Source: Patescibacteria group bacterium (GTDB taxonomy: Bacteria; Patescibacteriota; Patescibacteriia; SG8-24; DYFX01). Taken from it: a DNA stretch of 64,000 nt. Made by a program: the position numbers and the translations under genes. Numbering within the stretch: the first letter of the stretch is position 1; the number at the start of each line of letters is the position of its first letter. The stretch is from NCBI GenBank assembly GCA_041659045.1, contig JBAZZB010000001.1:262111-326110 (forward strand), in the 5' to 3' direction. This document shows, one piece after another, positions 48,069 through 58,728 of the stretch. Under the pieces are notes generated by a model. That model was not told the origin of the DNA. It ran no database searches and saw only the letters and a list, made by a program, of their open reading frames with translations.

Positions 48069-51017
48069 ATGCCGACCAATCTAAAAGAAAGCGGATTCGA
48101 GGAATTCATCCAGCAGTTTCTCGAAAAGACGCACGGATATCGGATCCGCGACGCCGAGCAGTACGAAAAAGAACTCTGCCTTGACCCGGAGCTAGTTTTG
48201 GAATTCATCAAGACTACCCAACCCGATAAATGGCGGAAGCATGAGGAAGTGCGTGGCGCTGAAGCAGGGGAGGGGCTTCTGTCTCGGCTCGCGACAGAGC
48301 TAAAAGCGCGCGGCACGCTCGAAATCTTTAGAGATGGTTTTTCTGATTACGGAACCAAATTCGAGATGGCCTATTTTCGCCCGGAGACCAGTTTGAACGA
48401 TGAGACACGCCGCCTGTATGACAGCAATATTTTGAGTGTGACACGGCAGGTCAAATACAGCTTTAAGAATGAAAACTCCATCGATACTGTTTTGTTTCTA
48501 AATGGCCTCCCAATTTTTACGGTTGAGCTCAAGAATCCTCTGACCAATCAAACAGTCCGCGAAGCGATCAAGCAATATCGCAGCGATCGCGATCCGCTCG
48601 AAGCGCTTCTGGCCTTCAAGCGGTGCTTGGCACACTTTGCCGTCGATACCGAACAGGCCTATCTTTCAACTCAGCTGACTGGTCTCAAATCACGCTTCTT
48701 ACCATTCAACAAAGGTTTTGAGAACGGTGCAGGTAATCCGCCGAATCCCGAAGGCTATCGAACCTCGTATCTGTGGGAAGATGTGTGGTCGCGCGAAAGT
48801 GTGCTCGAACTCGTCGGGCGCTTCATTCATGTCCAAAAAGAGGAAATTGAAGATCATCAGGGCAAAAAAACCCGGGTTGAGAACTTGATCTTCCCCCGAT
48901 ACCATCAACGCGACACGGTGCGGAGGCTCGTTGAAGATGCGCGCTCAAAGGGGACCGGTCAGAACTATCTTATTCAGCACAGCGCGGGTAGTGGAAAGAG
49001 CAATACCATCGCTTGGACGGCGCATCGACTTTCCGAACTGCACGATGCTGAGGATCGAAAGGTTTTTGATTCGGTTCTAGTCGTCACGGATCGCCGTATC
49101 CTCGATCGACAACTACGCGAAACGGTGACGCAATTCGAACAAGCGGCTGGAACGGTCAAGCCGATTCTTGAGGGTTCGGCTGAATTGCGCGTGGCTTTGG
49201 AATCTGGCGAAAAAATCATCATCACCACTCTTCAGAAGTTTCCGTATATCATTGAAACGATCGGCGATCTGCCGGGAAAGAAATTCGCCGTGATCCTCGA
49301 TGAAGCGCATTCCTCGCAATCCGGCGAGGCTGCCGCCAACTTGCGCGAGGCGCTCGGCGTTTCCGACCTCGATGAGGCTGAGAAGATTGATTCTGCGGTC
49401 GAGGAGGATGTCGAGGATATGGTTTTGAAGAAAATCAAGAGTCGCAAGGTGAAAACCGAGGCGATCAGCTATTTCGCCTTCACGGCTACCCCGAAACAGA
49501 AGACTCTCGAGCTGTTCGGTATGAAGAGTCCTCTTGATAGCAAGTACTACCCGTTCAGCCTGTACTCCATGAAGCAGGCTATTGAGGAGGGTTTTATCTT
49601 GGATGTTCTCAAGAACTATACGACCTATCGGACGTATTTTGAGCTTCTGAAAACGGCTGAGGAGGATCCTAAATACGACAAGAGTAAGGCGGAGCGTCTT
49701 CTTCTTTCGTACGTCGATCAGCATGAACACGCCATCAACAAGAAAACGGAGATCATTATTGAGCATTTCATCAACCGCATCGCAGGACGAATTGATGGCA
49801 AAGCTAAGGTGATGGTGGTAACTCGTTCGCGCCTGCATGCTGTACGGTTCAAGATGGCGTTTGATGAATACCTGCGCTTGCGGAAATCCCCTTATAAGGC
49901 CCTTGTTGCCTTTTCCGGAAAGGTGAAGGACGGCGCATTCGAGTACAGCGAGAGTGAGATGAACGGCGTGCCGGAGGCGGCGACAGCCGGTACATTCAAG
50001 GGTGATGAATATCGTTTCTTGATCGTCGCTGAAAAGTTTCAAACAGGGTTTGATCAGCCGCTCTTGTCGGCGATGTACGTGGACAAGAAACTTGCCGGGG
50101 TCAACGCCGTTCAGACGTTGAGTCGCTTAAACCGTATGCGTGCGGATAAAGATGAAGTTTTTGTTCTCGATTTTGTAAACGATACCGATGATATCCTTGA
50201 ATCTTTCAAGCCGTATTACGTCGCGACCGTGCTTTCGAAAGGCACAGATCCAAACGTCCTACACGATCTTGAACGTGACGTTCGTGCATTTAAATTGTTC
50301 TCGGCAGAGGAAGTAACCGATTTTTCAGACAAGTTGATGATCGGCTCAAAACCAGACATTTTAAACGCGATCTTGGATGTGGTGGTACGGCGCTGGGTAG
50401 ATCTGAGGGATGATAAGGTACAAGAAGAATTCCGTACCAAATGCAGAGATTATGCACGTAAGTACGCCTTCATCTCTCAAATTGTTCCATTTGAGAATAC
50501 CGACCTCGAGCGCCTTTTCATCTTCACACGCAACCTAGCAAGAAAATTACCGACGAAATACGAGCCGTTGCCGTATGAAGTATTGGAGTCCATTAACATG
50601 GAATCATTTAAGATTGATAAGACGGGAGAAACACGCATTGATCTGAGCGGCAGAGGCTCCGAATTACAACCGATGGGTTCCGGTGTTCGTGTACAAAAAC
50701 CTGACGACAGAGACATCTTGTCTCGCATCGTTGATGATATCAACGAACGTTTTGGAACCGATTTTACAATGGAAGATCAGGTGATAATCAAGGGATTGGC
50801 CGAAAGTTTGGCTTCGAACAAATCCCTCGAAGGCTCTATTCGAAGTAATCCCCGTGATGCAGCCAAAATTAAATTCGAAAAAGTCTACGACGATGAGCGT
50901 ATTAAGCTCGTCAGCAAGCATGTCGACTTCTATAAGAAGTTGGACCAGAACGATGCTTTGAAAAAGCATCTGGGTGAAAAACTGTTTGATTACATCGTGA
51001 GGAATCTTCCGAAATAA
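48069..51017 (+). CDS. hsdR: Type I R-M restriction subunit
   Basis: D...NGLP...ELKN, HSAGSGKS, DEAH, FTATP and QTLSRLNR motifs. Confidence 0.95.
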   Translation: MPTNLKESGFEEFIQQFLEKTHGYRIRDAEQYEKELCLDPELVLEFIKTTQPDKWRKHEEVRGAEAGEGLLSRLATELKARGTLEIFRDGFSDYGTKFEMAYFRPETSLNDETRRLYDSNILSVTRQVKYSFKNENSIDTVLFLNGLPIFTVELKNPLTNQTVREAIKQYRSDRDPLEALLAFKRCLAHFAVDTEQAYLSTQLTGLKSRFLPFNKGFENGAGNPPNPEGYRTSYLWEDVWSRESVLELVGRFIHVQKEEIEDHQGKKTRVENLIFPRYHQRDTVRRLVEDARSKGTGQNYLIQHSAGSGKSNTIAWTAHRLSELHDAEDRKVFDSVLVVTDRRILDRQLRETVTQFEQAAGTVKPILEGSAELRVALESGEKIIITTLQKFPYIIETIGDLPGKKFAVILDEAHSSQSGEAAANLREALGVSDLDEAEKIDSAVEEDVEDMVLKKIKSRKVKTEAISYFAFTATPKQKTLELFGMKSPLDSKYYPFSLYSMKQAIEEGFILDVLKNYTTYRTYFELLKTAEEDPKYDKSKAERLLLSYVDQHEHAINKKTEIIIEHFINRIAGRIDGKAKVMVVTRSRLHAVRFKMAFDEYLRLRKSPYKALVAFSGKVKDGAFEYSESEMNGVPEAATAGTFKGDEYRFLIVAEKFQTGFDQPLLSAMYVDKKLAGVNAVQTLSRLNRMRADKDEVFVLDFVNDTDDILESFKPYYVATVLSKGTDPNVLHDLERDVRAFKLFSAEEVTDFSDKLMIGSKPDILNAILDVVVRRWVDLRDDKVQEEFRTKCRDYARKYAFISQIVPFENTDLERLFIFTRNLARKLPTKYEPLPYEVLESINMESFKIDKTGETRIDLSGRGSELQPMGSGVRVQKPDDRDILSRIVDDINERFGTDFTMEDQVIIKGLAESLASNKSLEGSIRSNPRDAAKIKFEKVYDDERIKLVSKHVDFYKKLDQNDALKKHLGEKLFDYIVRNLPK

Positions 51018-51028
51018 TAAACATAGAG

Positions 51029-51057
51029 AAAGAAGGCCTTACGGCCTTCTTTCGTCA
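51029..51057. repeat. Terminator hairpin, direct repeat copy 1
   Basis: AAAGAAGGCCTTACGGCCTTCTTTCGTCA; 25/29 identical to 51962-51990. Confidence 0.8.
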
Positions 51058-51063
51058 TTCGGG

Positions 51064-51921
51064 TTACTGACCAAATTGAATTTTGCCTTGTTCGGGAGCT
51101 GGCTCCATCTTGATATCAAGTATATCGATTTTAACAAGTCTATTGCCATAATATGTTGATACACCAGTGATATGCACCCACTGGCCCAAGAGATCTTTCA
51201 TCTTTTCTTGGCTCATGTCAGCAAGCAGCGTGCAGTTAACCGTTGCACCTTTGTTGTTTATTTTAAAACCAAAATGATTAACTGTCGCATCCAGATCGAC
51301 AGAGGAAATACGACCGACCAAACCCTCCTTCTTTTCATGCGCCGTCTCCTCCACGTTTGTATTGGCGAGCGTCTCCATTTTTATTTTTTCATCCAAACCA
51401 ATACCAAGCTGGCTAGTCGCTGAAGAGGACAAGACCAGCTTATCGTCATGCACTGTTAGCGGATAAGTGGCAGCTGCAATTCCCTTCAAGAAATTAGGGT
51501 CACGTAAGAGCTCCACCTTAAGAGCATCACCAATTTGTGTCTGCAGGGCCGGAGACATCTTTGATATCTCAGCTGAGGATTTTTCTTTGACAACGGTTAT
51601 GGTTTGCAACACCAAGCCGCACAATCCAATGCCGACTAGATATATACCAGTATTCTTATTGACGCTCTTAATTACGACCTTAATCCTCTTGCGGAACGAC
51701 CCCTTTTCAAAGGGTTCTACATAAAAAACAATGTCTCGTACAGCCAAATTTGTTCGTTTGTGCCGGATCATGCCGGCCAGCGCGATTTGCAACGCAGCGT
51801 TTATGCCAGCAAGCTCTCTAGACAACTTTTCAACTTCAATCTGACCTTCGAAGGATTGACCAAGGTAATGAAAATCAAGGTAGTCGAGTTGTGAGGCGGC
51901 ACCGAGTACGGGATTCTCCAT
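51064..51921 (-). CDS. Hypothetical protein (AT-rich, island-associated)
   Basis: 285-aa ORF; possible OB-like C-terminus. Confidence 0.7.
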   Translation of the reverse strand: MENPVLGAASQLDYLDFHYLGQSFEGQIEVEKLSRELAGINAALQIALAGMIRHKRTNLAVRDIVFYVEPFEKGSFRKRIKVVIKSVNKNTGIYLVGIGLCGLVLQTITVVKEKSSAEISKMSPALQTQIGDALKVELLRDPNFLKGIAAATYPLTVHDDKLVLSSSATSQLGIGLDEKIKMETLANTNVEETAHEKKEGLVGRISSVDLDATVNHFGFKINNKGATVNCTLLADMSQEKMKDLLGQWVHITGVSTYYGNRLVKIDILDIKMEPAPEQGKIQFGQ

Positions 51922-51961
51922 ACCAACGCTTTATCACACACCCTGTATTCTATCAACTTCA

Positions 51962-51990
51962 AAAGAAGGCCTCACGGCCTTCCTTTGTTA
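51962..51990. repeat. clpB terminator, direct repeat copy 2
   Basis: AAAGAAGGCCTCACGGCCTTCCTTTGTTA. Confidence 0.8.
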
Positions 51991-54606
51991 TCACGAAATC
52001 GTAATCTCCCCATCCTTCACCCCCACCTTCACCGTCGACTCTTCCTTAACGGTGCCTTCCAGTATCTGCAGAGCCAACTTATTCAGAATCACATCCTGAA
52101 TCAGGCGTTTTAGCGGCCTCGCCCCAAAGCTCGGATCATACCCCTTCTCAACCAACCACTTCTTCGCCGTAGCTGAGACTTCAAGTGTGATGTGTTTGCT
52201 GTTCAACCGCTCCTGCACACGCGCAAGTTGGACGTCGACGATCTTGGTCAGGTGTTCTGGCTTGAGCGCATGGAAAACGACGGTATCATCGATGCGGTTC
52301 AAGAATTCCGGCTTGAAGGACTGGCGCAGGAGGTTCATGACGCGGTCGTGGAGGGTTTCGTCGGCGCTCTTTTCTTCGTCGGCGTCTTCGAAACCGATCG
52401 CACCTTTCTTTTTTCCGAGTTCCAAGATTTCCTCGGAGCCGACGTTCGAGGTCATGATGATGATTGTGTTTTTGAAGTTGACGACGCGGCCTTTGCCGTC
52501 GGTCAGGCGGCCGTCGTCGAGAATCTGGAGGAGCGTGTTGAAGACTTCCGGATGCGCTTTTTCGATTTCGTCGAAGAGCACCACCGAATACGGGCGGCGG
52601 CGGATTTGTTCGGCGAGTTGGCCGCCTTCGTCGTGGCCGACGTAGCCTGGAGGGGAGCCGATCATGCGGGCGACGGAGTGGCGTTCGCCGTATTCCGACA
52701 TGTCGAGGCGCACCATGGCGTTCTCGTCGTTGAACAGGAAAGCCGCCAGCGCCTTGGCCAGCTCCGTTTTACCGACGCCGGTCGGGCCCAGGAAGATGAA
52801 GGAACCCATCGGGCGGGTTTCCTCGCCCACGCCCGCGCGCGAGCGGCGTACGGCGTCGGAGACGGCCTTGATCGCTTCCTCTTGGCCGACGACGCGCTTT
52901 GAAAGTTCGGACTCGAGGTGCACGAGCTTCTTGAGTTCCGATTCGAGCATCTTGGAGACGGGGATGCCCGTCCAGCGCGAGACGACGTTCGCGACGTCTT
53001 CTTCGTCGACTTCTTCTTTCAGGAAGCGGTGGCCCTTTTGGAGCTTCTTCAACGTTTCTTCGGCGGCCTTAAGAGCCTTCTCCGTTTCCGGCACCTGGCC
53101 GTAACGGATCTTGGCGGCGAGTTCCAAGTCGCCTTTGCGTTCGGCGATGTCGGCTTCCTGTTTCAGCTTGTCGATCTTCTTTTTACCGTCGCGGATGGCG
53201 GTGATCGCGTCCTTTTCGTTCTTCCAGCGGAGTTCCAAGCCGGAAGCGCGTTCCTTGGCTTCGGCCAGGAGCTTCTCGACGTCCTTCAGGCGTTCTTTGG
53301 CATGCTTGTCTTCTTCTTTTTCGAGCGCGCGTTTTTCGATTTCGAGCTTGGTGATGTTGCGCTTCAGAGCGTCGAGCTCCTGCGGCTGCGAGTCGATCTG
53401 CATGCGCAGCGCCGAGGCGGCTTCGTCGATCAGGTCAACGGCCTTGTCGGGCAGGAAACGGTCGGTGATGTAGCGGTGCGACAAGGTGACCGCCGCGACG
53501 ATCGCGGAGTCGGTAATGCGCACGCCATGGTGCAGGTCGTAGCGTTCTTTGATGCCACGAAGAATCGAAATCGCGTCTTCCGGCGAGGGTTCGGTGACCG
53601 TCACGGGCTGGAAGCGGCGAGCCAGCGCGCCGTCTTTCTCGATGTGTTTCTGATACTCCTTGAGTGTCGTGGCACCAATGCAGCGCAGTTCGCCGCGAGC
53701 GAGCGCGGGCTTCAACAGGTTCGAAGCGTCCATGGCACCTTCGGTGCCGCCGGCGCCAACGAGCGTGTGAAGTTCGTCGATAAACAGAATGACGCCGCCA
53801 GCGGATTTCTCAACCTCTTTCATCACGGCCTTAAGACGCTCTTCGAATTCGCCACGGAATTTGGTTCCGGCGATGAGTGCGCCCAAGTCGAGTGCGACGA
53901 CATCTTTGCCTTTCAATGATTCCGGTACGTCACCCGAGACGATGCGCTGCGCCAAACCTTCGACGATGGCCGTCTTGCCGACGCCCGGTTCGCCGATCAG
54001 CGCGGGATTGTTTTTGGTGCGGCGCGAAAGCACCTGGATCACGCGGCGAATTTCTTCATCGCGGCCGATGACCGGATCGAGTTTCTCGGCACGCGCGAGG
54101 CGGGTGAGATTGCGCGAATATTTTTCAAGCGCCTGATAGGTGGCTTCCGGTTCGGTCGAGGTGACGCGCTGCGAGCCGCGGATGTCCATCAAAACCTTCA
54201 AGACGGCCTCAGTTGTGACGCCCATCTCCGTGAGTAGGGAAGCGGCGTCGTTTTTCGTTTCCATCAAACCGAGCAACAAGTGTTCGGTCGAGACGTACTC
54301 ATCTTTAAAACGCTCGGCGATTTTGTGCGCCTGGCGGATCGCGCGGTCGAGGTTCTGCGAAACAAAGACTTGAGCGGTGTTGCCACCCTCGGCCTTCTTC
54401 GGAGCTTCAAGCTTGGCGCGTTTCAAAACGGCCGCCGGATCGATCCCCAGTTTTTTGAAAACGGAAACGACCACGCCCTCTTCCTGGCGGAGGAGTGTGG
54501 TGAGGAGGTGGTTGGGCTCCAAGACCTCGGAACCCGTCTCAAAAGCCAGGTTTTGAGCCTCCTGGAGGGCTTCGAGGGCCTTGGTGGTAAAGCGGTTCTG
54601 TTGCAT
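51991..54606 (-). CDS. clpB: ATP-dependent chaperone ClpB
   Basis: Two AAA+ modules ([16 protein letters not shown]) and a long coiled-coil M domain. Confidence 0.97.
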   Translation of the reverse strand: MQQNRFTTKALEALQEAQNLAFETGSEVLEPNHLLTTLLRQEEGVVVSVFKKLGIDPAAVLKRAKLEAPKKAEGGNTAQVFVSQNLDRAIRQAHKIAERFKDEYVSTEHLLLGLMETKNDAASLLTEMGVTTEAVLKVLMDIRGSQRVTSTEPEATYQALEKYSRNLTRLARAEKLDPVIGRDEEIRRVIQVLSRRTKNNPALIGEPGVGKTAIVEGLAQRIVSGDVPESLKGKDVVALDLGALIAGTKFRGEFEERLKAVMKEVEKSAGGVILFIDELHTLVGAGGTEGAMDASNLLKPALARGELRCIGATTLKEYQKHIEKDGALARRFQPVTVTEPSPEDAISILRGIKERYDLHHGVRITDSAIVAAVTLSHRYITDRFLPDKAVDLIDEAASALRMQIDSQPQELDALKRNITKLEIEKRALEKEEDKHAKERLKDVEKLLAEAKERASGLELRWKNEKDAITAIRDGKKKIDKLKQEADIAERKGDLELAAKIRYGQVPETEKALKAAEETLKKLQKGHRFLKEEVDEEDVANVVSRWTGIPVSKMLESELKKLVHLESELSKRVVGQEEAIKAVSDAVRRSRAGVGEETRPMGSFIFLGPTGVGKTELAKALAAFLFNDENAMVRLDMSEYGERHSVARMIGSPPGYVGHDEGGQLAEQIRRRPYSVVLFDEIEKAHPEVFNTLLQILDDGRLTDGKGRVVNFKNTIIIMTSNVGSEEILELGKKKGAIGFEDADEEKSADETLHDRVMNLLRQSFKPEFLNRIDDTVVFHALKPEHLTKIVDVQLARVQERLNSKHITLEVSATAKKWLVEKGYDPSFGARPLKRLIQDVILNKLALQILEGTVKEESTVKVGVKDGEITIS

Positions 54607-54616
54607 GGAGTGGATA

Positions 54617-54643
54617 TTAGCACTCTCATGATAAGAGTGCTAA
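54617..54643. promoter_or_regulatory. CIRCE (HrcA operator)
   Basis: Perfect TTAGCACTC-N9-GAGTGCTAA overlapping minus-strand TTGACA-17-TATCAT (54656-54628). Confidence 0.95.
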
Positions 54644-54719
54644 TCCAGGTTGTCAAGAACGAATTTTCACCGCAAGATGGTAGGGCCGATCTACGAAACC
54701 ACATGCAGGAGGTACGGGC

Positions 54720-55136
54720 ATGCTGGACCTCAAAGATTTCTTCGGCGAACTCCGGAGCGCGGACAGGGCCGCTACGCAAGGCTGCACTTCCACGACCAGG
54801 GCGGCCATGCGGCGCGTGGAAGCGGCGATCCTGAAGGCGATCAACAACGCCAAAGGACAACTCCGCGGACATGCGGACAGCGCCTATGCGCATATCGAAA
54901 AGCGTCGTCTGGCGTGCAAGTCGTCTTCTGAGCAGATCGAACTGCTCGGCGCCTTCTGGGATGGGTTCAACCACGGCTGGAAGGCTGAGCAAGTCACTGG
55001 CATCGACGACCCCGACTTCTGGCAGGGCTACGACTTCGGGCGTCATGGACAGATCCAATTGGATGATTCCGATGACGTTTGTGAAACCACGCTCGACTTG
55101 GACCTCGATCTCGACGACGATGATGGCTCCGGGTAG
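54720..55136 (+). CDS. Hypothetical protein with acidic tail
   Basis: AGGAGG SD; repeated FW.G(F/Y)..G; terminator at 55141-55166. Confidence 0.65.
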   Translation: MLDLKDFFGELRSADRAATQGCTSTTRAAMRRVEAAILKAINNAKGQLRGHADSAYAHIEKRRLACKSSSEQIELLGAFWDGFNHGWKAEQVTGIDDPDFWQGYDFGRHGQIQLDDSDDVCETTLDLDLDLDDDDGSG

Positions 55137-55189
55137 CAGCCCCTCTCCATACGAGAGGGGATTTTTATTTGATGTGCTAGTATACAGTC

Positions 55190-55942
55190 ATGCGCCAGAC
55201 GATTGCGGGAGTTCCCATTGATGCCGTCACGTTTCAAGAAGCCGCCGAGCGCGCGCTGGCTTTGTTAAACGATGGACGCCAACACATGATCGTCACGCCC
55301 AATCCTGAGATGGCTGTTTTGGCCGCGCGCGATCCGGGTTTCAAAAAAATTCTTCACGCCGCCTCATTGGCTTTGGCAGACGGTTACGGTCTCCGATTGG
55401 CCGCTTGGTGGGAAAGAAAAGAAATCCCCGAGACGATTACCGGCGTCGATTTCGGGCTTGCATTAGCTCAAATTGCGGAACAAAAAAATTGTTCAGTCTA
55501 TTTTTTGGGGGCAGGGGAGGGGATTGCGGAAAAAGCGGCTGCGAATATCCAACAGGTGTATCCCAAGCTTCGTTTTGCTGGAGCCACAGCTGAACGTATC
55601 CGTTGGATCGCCGGCAAGTGGGAGGAGGATGCCGACCTTGCGGCGCGTATTGCCGCAACGGAACCTGACATACTTTTTGTGGCTTTGGGACACGGCAAGC
55701 AAGAGCGTTGGATCAAAGATCATCTGCCACAGTTGCCCACCGTGAGAATCGCGATCGGCGTTGGCGGTGCTCTCGACTATTATTCCGGTCAAAAAAAACG
55801 AGCCCCTGGGTTTTTGCGGGCCCTGCATCTCGAATGGTTCTGGCGCCTTTTCACCGAACCGTGGCGCGCTTGGCGTATTTTTGAGGCGACATTTGTGTTC
55901 CTGGGTATGGTCTTGAAGAATCCGCGAAAAAGGGTACAATAA
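55190..55942 (+). CDS. WecG/TagA family glycosyltransferase
   Basis: VTPNPE, ADG, ALGHGKQE, GVGGALD and RAP...LEW motifs. Confidence 0.92.
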   Translation: MRQTIAGVPIDAVTFQEAAERALALLNDGRQHMIVTPNPEMAVLAARDPGFKKILHAASLALADGYGLRLAAWWERKEIPETITGVDFGLALAQIAEQKNCSVYFLGAGEGIAEKAAANIQQVYPKLRFAGATAERIRWIAGKWEEDADLAARIAATEPDILFVALGHGKQERWIKDHLPQLPTVRIAIGVGGALDYYSGQKKRAPGFLRALHLEWFWRLFTEPWRAWRIFEATFVFLGMVLKNPRKRVQ

Positions 55943-55949
55943 GGCGGCT

Positions 55950-57437
55950 ATGGATGTACGCGTACGCTTTGCCCCCAGCCCGACCGGAAGAATGCACGTC
56001 GGCAACTTCCGTTCCGCGCTCTACAACTACTTGTTCGCTCGCAAACACGGGGGCGTCTTTTTCGTGCGCATTGAAGATACCGATCGTGCACGTCTTGTTG
56101 AGAATGGTGTCGAAGGAATCCTTCGCACGCTTTCGAACATGGGGCTTACGTACGATGAAGGTCCGTTCTTGAACGAAGACGGCACGGTCGATCAGCGTGG
56201 TTCGAAAGGGCCGTACGTGCAGTCGGAGCGTCTTGAAATCTACCGTTCGCATTTGAATCAGCTTTTGGAACACGGCGAGGCTTACCCTTGTTTTTGCGCG
56301 CCTGAACGCTTGGAGGAACTTCGCGCGACCCAAGAAGCCGCAAAGCTTCCGACCGGCTACGATCGACACTGCCGCGATCTCGCGCGTGAAGAATCGCAAC
56401 GTCGCATCGAAGCAGGGGAGCGCGTCGTCTATCGCGCCAAGATGCCGGACGAAGGAGAAACGGAATTTGATGATGCGTCGCGCGGAAAGGTTTCATTTAA
56501 GAATGCGTTGCTCGACGATTACGTGCTGCTCAAGAGCGACGGCTTCCCAACGTATCACCTCGCCAACGTTATCGACGATCACTTGATGGAAACATCGCAC
56601 GTGATTCGTGGTGAAGAGTGGCTTTCGTCGACACCGAAGCACGTGTTGCTCTACAAAGCTTTTGGTTGGACGCCGCCGCAGTTTGCGCACATGCCGCTGC
56701 TTCTGAACCCCGACCGTTCGAAACTCTCGAAACGCCAGGGCGATGTTGCTGTTGAAGATTATCTCGACAGCGGGTATTTGCCGGAGGCTCTCATCAACTT
56801 CGTGGCGCTTCTCGGTTGGAATCCATCCGACGAAAAGGAAGTCTATACGCTTGATGAACTGACCAAAGCGTTTGAACTGAAAGACGTAAACTCGGCCGGG
56901 GCGGTGTTCAATCGCGAAAAGCTTGATTGGCTGAACGGAAAATATTTGCGCGCCATGCCGCTTGAACGTTTGGCAACGCTCGCTCGTCCGTTTTTCGAGC
57001 GCGCAGGTACTTCGACCGCTTCGTTTTCCGATGAGGAGCTCGGTCGCTTGTTGTCGCTTGAACGAGAGCGGGTGAAGACGTTGTCGGAGCTTCCTGAGGC
57101 CGTTTCCTTCCTCATGGTTGATGCTCCTGAGTATCCGACGGAGCGACTGTGCTGGAAGACGCAACCGGCTGCCGAAGCGCTTGAGCGTCTGACGGCTGTG
57201 CACGGACTGCTCGACGAGCTTGATACTGCAGATTTTACGCTTGAAAGCTTGGAAACGCGCCTGAAAGCGCTTATTTCGACGCACGGGTGGGGGAATGGGG
57301 ATACGCTCTGGCCACTGCGCGTCGCCCTCTCGGGTCGTGAAAAATCGCCTGGCCCCTTTGAGATCATGGTGGTATTAGGTAAAATGAAGGTGATCAGCCG
57401 CCTTACCGTGGCAATTGATCGCCTCAAGAATGTCTGA
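55950..57437 (+). CDS. gltX: Glutamate--tRNA ligase
   Basis: RFAPSPTG.MHVGN, RIEDTD, HVIRGEEW and KLSKR motifs. Confidence 0.97.
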   Translation: MDVRVRFAPSPTGRMHVGNFRSALYNYLFARKHGGVFFVRIEDTDRARLVENGVEGILRTLSNMGLTYDEGPFLNEDGTVDQRGSKGPYVQSERLEIYRSHLNQLLEHGEAYPCFCAPERLEELRATQEAAKLPTGYDRHCRDLAREESQRRIEAGERVVYRAKMPDEGETEFDDASRGKVSFKNALLDDYVLLKSDGFPTYHLANVIDDHLMETSHVIRGEEWLSSTPKHVLLYKAFGWTPPQFAHMPLLLNPDRSKLSKRQGDVAVEDYLDSGYLPEALINFVALLGWNPSDEKEVYTLDELTKAFELKDVNSAGAVFNREKLDWLNGKYLRAMPLERLATLARPFFERAGTSTASFSDEELGRLLSLERERVKTLSELPEAVSFLMVDAPEYPTERLCWKTQPAAEALERLTAVHGLLDELDTADFTLESLETRLKALISTHGWGNGDTLWPLRVALSGREKSPGPFEIMVVLGKMKVISRLTVAIDRLKNV

Positions 57438-58680
57438 ACATCCAACAAGGAGGAAGTTCTACGTCACGCCGGCTTTAGCCGCGTCTTTTGTCGTTTTTCT
57501 GGCATCCGCCGGCATGGCGATGGGAGCGGTTTCAACAAGCGACGAGTTCACCCAGGCGATCAATGAACTGAACGAAGAAATCGCTAAGAAAAAAGCAGAC
57601 GCCGCCGCGCTTAAAAATCAGATGGCGGCGTACCAAAGGGCAATTGAAGAGAAGCGTAAAGAAGCGGCAACGGTGCGTAGCGAGCTCGACATCGTTCAAA
57701 ACAAAATTGCTTCGACGGAACTCGAAATTGAATCGAACCGTCTACAGATCGACGCGACGAACCTCGAAATCAAACGTCTTGACTCAGAGATTCAAGACAA
57801 GACGCTGCAAATCATCCGCAAGCGTCAGATGATCGCCGAGTTCCTTCGCCAGCTCGATCGCACCGATCAGCGCACGGCGATCGATCTCCTGCTGACGGAA
57901 AAAACGATTTCAGACTTCTTCAACGACGTGCAGTTTCTTGAAGAATCACAGCGCCAACTCAAGCAGACGCTCGACACTGTCCAAGTACTGAAAATCGATC
58001 TTGAAGACCGTCAGTCGAATCAGACGGCCAAGAAGACGGAGCTTGAAGGTGTGCAGAAGGAGCTGACGGACGCCGTCGCAACACTCGACGAACAGAAGAG
58101 TGCCAAGACGGTGCTCGCAGAGCAACTGCAGACGTCGGAAACGCGCTATCGTTACGAATTGGCGCAGCTCCAGAAGCAGCAAGCAAACATTAACGCCGAT
58201 ATCGCGGCGACCGAAAAGAAACTTCGCAAAACGCTCGACGCTGAGAAGCTCCGTAAAGTAACGGGCGAATCGACGGGTTGGATGTGGCCGGTGCCGTCCA
58301 TGACGATCACGGCGTACTTCCATGATCCGGATTATCCCTTCCGCTACGTCTTCGAGCATCCAGCTGTCGACATCCGCGCGCCTCAAGGGACGCCTGTGCG
58401 CGCCAGCCGCGGCGGCTACGTCGGACGCGCCAAGAACGCCGGCATGGGCTACAGCTATGTGCAGTTGATCCATGAAAACGGACTCTCGACGGTCTATGGC
58501 CACGTCTCGAGAATCGCCGTGAAGGAAGACACGTACGTAGAGAAAGGCGATATTATCGCGTATTCCGGCGGCGCTCCGGGTACGCCCGGTGCGGGCCCGA
58601 TGACCACAGCGCCTCACCTGCACTTCGAAGTACGTCTCGACGGCATCCCGGTCAATCCACTCAACTACCTGCAGCAGTAA
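57430..58680 (+). CDS. Coiled-coil M23 peptidase (EnvC-like)
   Basis: TM/signal, long coiled coil, HPAVD, YGH and PHLHFEV. Confidence 0.88.
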   Translation: MSEHPTRRKFYVTPALAASFVVFLASAGMAMGAVSTSDEFTQAINELNEEIAKKKADAAALKNQMAAYQRAIEEKRKEAATVRSELDIVQNKIASTELEIESNRLQIDATNLEIKRLDSEIQDKTLQIIRKRQMIAEFLRQLDRTDQRTAIDLLLTEKTISDFFNDVQFLEESQRQLKQTLDTVQVLKIDLEDRQSNQTAKKTELEGVQKELTDAVATLDEQKSAKTVLAEQLQTSETRYRYELAQLQKQQANINADIAATEKKLRKTLDAEKLRKVTGESTGWMWPVPSMTITAYFHDPDYPFRYVFEHPAVDIRAPQGTPVRASRGGYVGRAKNAGMGYSYVQLIHENGLSTVYGHVSRIAVKEDTYVEKGDIIAYSGGAPGTPGAGPMTTAPHLHFEVRLDGIPVNPLNYLQQ

Positions 58681-58728
58681 CCCACGACAAACGTCGTGGG
58701 TTTTGCTATCGTCGGACAAGGAGGCTCC

